Assembly (NCBI RefSeq): GCF_000953395.1
Contig: NZ_LN649236.1
Coordinates: 180,001 to 212,000, forward strand
Origin: Candidatus Portiera aleyrodidarum
GTDB taxonomy: Bacteria > Pseudomonadota > Gammaproteobacteria > Johnevansiales > Johnevansiaceae
DNA: 32,000 nucleotides
Reading direction: 5' to 3'
Shown here one piece after another: positions 28,281 to 32,000 of this stretch (position 1 is its first letter; the number at the start of each line of letters is the position of its first letter). A program made the translations under genes and the position numbers. A model generated the notes under the pieces. It saw only the letters and a program-made list of their open reading frames with translations. It did no database searches and had not been told where the DNA came from.

Positions 28281-29720
28281 ATGACAATAATGTTAAATAA
28301 ATGGGAAACTATTATTGGTATTGAAACTCATATACAATTATCCACACAATCTAAATTATTTTCTAATTCGTCAACAACATTTTGTTTTTATCCTAATAAA
28401 CAAATTTGTAATTTGGATATCGGTATGCCAGGTGTCTTACCAAGATTAAATAAAACTGCTATAGATATGGCTATTCGTTTTGGTTTAATTATAAATACTA
28501 AAATTTATAATACATCTATTTTTGAAAGAAAAAATTATTTTTATCCTGATTTACCTAAAGGATATCAAATTAGTCAAAGACACAAACCAATTTTAGGATC
28601 TGGAAAAATTACAATATATTTAAACAAAAATACAACTTTGTATATAGATCATATAAATTTAGAAGAAGATGCCGGTAAATTATTACATAAGAAAACTCAT
28701 AGTGCAATTGATTTTAATCGCTCAGGTATACCTTTATTAGAAATAATAACAAAACCTTGTATATTAAATTACAATGAAGTGTTAATTTATTTAAATTATA
28801 TTAATAAGATAGTCAAATATATAAATATATCTGATGCCGATTTATCAAAAGGTTCAATGCGTTGTGATATAAATATATCTATCAGAAACAAAGGAAATAA
28901 AAAACTTAATAATTATATTGAACTCAAAAATTTAAACTCTTATAAATATATTAAAAGTGCAATTTTGTATGAAACTAAAAGACAAATAAACCTTTTAAAT
29001 AAAGGTGGTAAAATAATTAAAGAAACTCGTTTATATAATTTCAAAAAAAATAAAACTTATACTTTAAGAAAAAAAGAAAATACAAATGATTATTTATATT
29101 TAAATTGTCCTGATTTATTAGAATTAAATTTAAACAAAACATGTATATTAACACAAAACAATTCTCTACCTGACTTACCTCATATGAAAATAAAAAATTT
29201 TCTAAACTTAGGATTATCATTTAAAGAAGCTAAATTATTAACTAATACTTTAGAAATAGCAATTTTTGTTGAAAAAACTTTTCAGATTTGTAAGGATATT
29301 CATTTAACTTCTATATGGATCAGATGTTATCTTTTTGAAAAATTAAAAGTTTATTATTTAAATATAACACAAAACCCAATAAAAGCTACTTTCTTAGGTA
29401 AATTATTATTTTATATAAAACACAATCTTATAAATCATAATATTGCTAAAATAATTTTTAATCAATTATGGAAAACCAATCTAAATAATATAGAAACCGA
29501 AATTAATAAATTAAAAAAAGAACAAATAAATGATAATAACTTATTAAAAATGATAAATTTAACATTAAAATACAATATATTAAAAATCATATTATATAAC
29601 AAATCCACGTTGAAAAAAAAGAAACAAATATTAAATTTTTTAATAGGTCAGGTCATAAAAAAATCAAAAACTAAAGCAAATCCAAAACACATTAAGTTTT
29701 TAATAAAAAAATTAATATGA
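28281..29720 (+). CDS. gatB: Asp/Glu-tRNA amidotransferase subunit B
   Basis: Contains WETIIGIETHIQL, PGVLPRLNK, RKNYFYPDLPKGYQISQ, LEEDAGK and RCDINISI. Confidence 0.94.
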   Translation: MTIMLNKWETIIGIETHIQLSTQSKLFSNSSTTFCFYPNKQICNLDIGMPGVLPRLNKTAIDMAIRFGLIINTKIYNTSIFERKNYFYPDLPKGYQISQRHKPILGSGKITIYLNKNTTLYIDHINLEEDAGKLLHKKTHSAIDFNRSGIPLLEIITKPCILNYNEVLIYLNYINKIVKYINISDADLSKGSMRCDINISIRNKGNKKLNNYIELKNLNSYKYIKSAILYETKRQINLLNKGGKIIKETRLYNFKKNKTYTLRKKENTNDYLYLNCPDLLELNLNKTCILTQNNSLPDLPHMKIKNFLNLGLSFKEAKLLTNTLEIAIFVEKTFQICKDIHLTSIWIRCYLFEKLKVYYLNITQNPIKATFLGKLLFYIKHNLINHNIAKIIFNQLWKTNLNNIETEINKLKKEQINDNNLLKMINLTLKYNILKIILYNKSTLKKKKQILNFLIGQVIKKSKTKANPKHIKFLIKKLI

Positions 29721-31177
29721 AAAATATAATAGTAATTATTGGATCGGGTTTGGGTGGTATAGCAGCTGCTTTAAGAGCTAAAAAAAAAGGATTTGATGTA
29801 ATAATCATAGAACGTAATAAAAATATTGGTGGTAAGGCACAAATATATAAAGATAAAACTTTCTTCTTTGATACTGGTCCTACAATTATTACCGCACCTT
29901 ATTTATTTGAAGAATTATTTAATATTTTTGGTAAAAAACTTCCTCAATATATAAATTTTATAGAATTAAACCATTGGTATAATTTTTATTTTTTTGATAA
30001 AACTACATTTAATTATTGTAACAATGTAAAAAAAACTAAACATAATATCAAGTTTTTTTCAAAAACCGATCTCGAAAGTTATAATAAATTATTATTAATT
30101 ACAAAAAGATTTTTTGAATTTTGTTTTAAAAGGTTTTCAAAAAAAACCTTTAATACTATTTATCACTTGATAAAATGTATACCTACTTTTATTAAATTAA
30201 AATGTTATCACTCATATTTTTATTTAATTAATCATTTTATAAAAAATAATAAATTAAAACAAATTTTTTCTATTTATCCTTTATTAATAGGAGGTAATCC
30301 TTATAAAGTTTCTTGTTTATATTCCTTAATATTATATTTAGAACGTAAATGGGGTATACATTTTCCTCAAGGAGGTATAGGATATTTAATAAATAAATTA
30401 GAAATGTTAATGCGCGAAGAAGGTATTAAAATATACACAGGTGTAAGTGTTAAAAAAATTATTACACATAAAAACAAAGCAATATCAATTATATTAAATA
30501 ATAATTATTATATTAATACTAATTTTATTATATCAAATATAGAACCTAGATATTTATATAAAAATCTTATTAAGATGAAAAATAATTTATTTATAAAAAA
30601 AAAATTATCCAAATTCGAATATTCTATTGGATTATTTATATTGTATTTTGGTACTAATTGTTTTTATTCAAATATTTCTCATCATACAATATTTTTTAAT
30701 AAAACTTATAATAAATCCATCAAAAATATGTTTTATACTAATTGTTTTAATAAAAAAAATATTTGTATTTATGTACATCACCCAACTATAACTGATCATT
30801 TTTGTAAACATTCTACTTTTTATGCATTAATCCCAGTACCTAATTTAAAACTTTATAACAATTGGTCAATGTATGAAAGTGAAAAGTTGGTTCAATCTAT
30901 AATATCAATATTAGATTCTACATTATTACCCAAATTAAAAAAAAATATAATAACATGTTTTTATATTACACCAAATTTTTTTAAAGAAAGATATTTTAGT
31001 ACATATGGTAGTGGTTTTTCCCTTTCTCCTAATTTCAATCAAATAGCATGGTTTAGATTTCATAATAAATCCGAAACCATAAACAATCTTTATTTAGTAG
31101 GAGCAGGTACACACCCTGGCGCAGGAATACCAGGGGTGTTGTTAAGTGCTAAAATAATAGATAACTTAATTATATGA
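29717..31177 (+). CDS. crtI: Phytoene desaturase (CrtI family FAD-dependent oxidoreductase)
   Basis: Has the N-terminal dinucleotide fold IIGSGLGGIAAALRAKKKGFDVIIIERNKNIGGKA and the C-terminal CrtI signature LYLVGAGTHPGAGIPGVLLSAKI. ATGA overlaps occur at both ends. Confidence 0.88.
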   Translation: MKNIIVIIGSGLGGIAAALRAKKKGFDVIIIERNKNIGGKAQIYKDKTFFFDTGPTIITAPYLFEELFNIFGKKLPQYINFIELNHWYNFYFFDKTTFNYCNNVKKTKHNIKFFSKTDLESYNKLLLITKRFFEFCFKRFSKKTFNTIYHLIKCIPTFIKLKCYHSYFYLINHFIKNNKLKQIFSIYPLLIGGNPYKVSCLYSLILYLERKWGIHFPQGGIGYLINKLEMLMREEGIKIYTGVSVKKIITHKNKAISIILNNNYYINTNFIISNIEPRYLYKNLIKMKNNLFIKKKLSKFEYSIGLFILYFGTNCFYSNISHHTIFFNKTYNKSIKNMFYTNCFNKKNICIYVHHPTITDHFCKHSTFYALIPVPNLKLYNNWSMYESEKLVQSIISILDSTLLPKLKKNIITCFYITPNFFKERYFSTYGSGFSLSPNFNQIAWFRFHNKSETINNLYLVGAGTHPGAGIPGVLLSAKIIDNLII

Positions 31178-32000
31178 AGAAACAACTTTTTAAAAAATCA
31201 AATACACTAGTCAAAATCTATAGTAAAAATTTTTTTTTTACAAGTTTATTTATCAAACAAACATATTCTACAGATCTAAAACTAATTTATTTAATTTGTA
31301 GAACTCTTGATGAAATTGCTGATAACAACAATTTAGCTGATAACAACAATTCATTAACAAGATTAAAGTTAATTTTAAAACAACTAAAAAATAAGTATAA
31401 CAAAAAATTAGATAAACTGTCGTTGTATATAAACATTTTAAAAAACAATACCTCAATAAATATAACAGTATTTATTGAGTTAATTCAATGTTTAATAAAA
31501 GATATAAACTATCCTGCTAATCTAACAAATGAACAAGAATTAATATATTATTGTTATGGAGTTGCTGGAACTATAGGAATATTGATTTTACCTATTATAA
31601 ATAGTTCTATAAATAATACTCTTAATGCAATACATTTAGGCATGTTTATGCAACTCATTAATATTGCTAGAGATGTATTAGAAGACGCTTTTAAAGGTAG
31701 ACGTTATTTACCTGGATGCTGGGTTAATAATATAAGTGCAAAAGAAATTATTTATTTATCTAATAGCCCTATCAATAAAAAACATAAATTAATTAATAAT
31801 GCTATTATTAAACTACTTAATTTATCTCATTATTTTTATAATAAAGGTATAAAGAATATGTATAAATTAAACTATACCAATCGTCGTTTTATCAAAATAC
31901 TTAGTTCAATATATTATAAAATCAATATAAATATACGTACTTCAAACAACCCTTGGATATATAAACGTATATATATATCTTTATATTATAAAATATTTAT
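31174..32000 (+). CDS. crtB: Phytoene synthase (5' complete, 3' runs off window)
   Basis: The frame is open from the ATG at 31174-31176 (ATGA overlap with the crtI stop) to the window end. It contains YLICRTLDEIAD (first Asp-rich motif), YYCYGVAGTIG and INIARDVLEDAFKGRRYLP (second Asp-rich motif of squalene/phytoene synthases). It is not in the ORF track because it has no stop in the window. Confidence 0.85.
   Translation, partial: MKKQLFKKSNTLVKIYSKNFFFTSLFIKQTYSTDLKLIYLICRTLDEIADNNNLADNNNSLTRLKLILKQLKNKYNKKLDKLSLYINILKNNTSINITVFIELIQCLIKDINYPANLTNEQELIYYCYGVAGTIGILILPIINSSINNTLNAIHLGMFMQLINIARDVLEDAFKGRRYLPGCWVNNISAKEIIYLSNSPINKKHKLINNAIIKLLNLSHYFYNKGIKNMYKLNYTNRRFIKILSSIYYKININIRTSNNPWIYKRIYISLYYKIF
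31318..31353 (+). repeat. In-frame 18-bp tandem duplication inside crtB (GCTGATAACAACAATTTA / GCTGATAACAACAATTCA)
   Basis: Read directly from the sequence. The two copies are 17/18 identical and encode ADNNNL-ADNNNS. Confidence 0.9.

Noticed and set aside
31268-31456. 62-aa minus-strand ORF from the supplied track
   Set aside because: It lies antisense within crtB, whose + strand frame carries both squalene/phytoene synthase Asp-rich motifs. It shows no motif of its own.
1-32000. Alternative genetic code (UGA read as Trp, as in some tiny symbiont genomes)
   Set aside because: All conserved genes are full length under the standard code. Trp is encoded by TGG, for example in mgtE, zwf and gatB. 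TGA terminates ruvC, lipB, clpX, gatB and crtI at the expected protein lengths.
1-32000. Search for mobile elements, prophage remnants, toxin-antitoxin pairs, restriction-modification, secretion or other defence/accessory systems
   Set aside because: Every ORF longer than about 80 aa is either a recognisable housekeeping, biosynthetic or transport gene, or an antisense artefact. Apart from the two short-unit tandem repeats reported as features (18047-18259 and 31318-31353), I saw no terminal inverted repeats or long direct repeats, and no integrase or transposase motifs.

Overview
The window is extremely A+T-rich and almost entirely coding, and it reads as a standard-code (code 11) chromosome segment from an obligate insect endosymbiont with a reduced genome. 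I can support 30 protein-coding genes (two run off the window edges), 5 tRNAs and the RNase P RNA. The genes are mostly housekeeping: alaS-derived fragment, mutS, lipA/lipB, ruvC, aspS, mgtE, cls, clpXP, cysS, glnS, def, rsmH, rpsI/rplM and gatCAB. There are also amino-acid pathway genes (aroE, aroQ, hisG, metF), a glucose entry module (MFS sugar porter, glk, zwf), a glutamate/dicarboxylate symporter, and the carotenoid genes crtI and crtB. Amino-acid biosynthesis plus crtI/crtB, in a gene order I recall from Pseudomonas/Halomonas-type gammaproteobacteria, makes a Portiera-like whitefly primary symbiont my best guess, but I cannot verify that without a search. I found no transposases, prophage genes, CRISPR arrays, toxin/antitoxin pairs or defence genes, and no convincing novel multi-gene system. 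Five things are most worth a second look. (1) A perfect 16-bp x 13 tandem array fills the glk/zwf convergent gap and supplies both stop codons. (2) An AlaRS editing/C-terminal half stands as its own ORF, with no catalytic domain upstream. (3) gatC-gatA-gatB-crtI-crtB are welded together by ATGA overlaps. (4) rnpB is wedged between rpsI and rsmH with no room for its own signals. (5) An in-frame 18-bp duplication sits next to the first Asp-rich motif of crtB.
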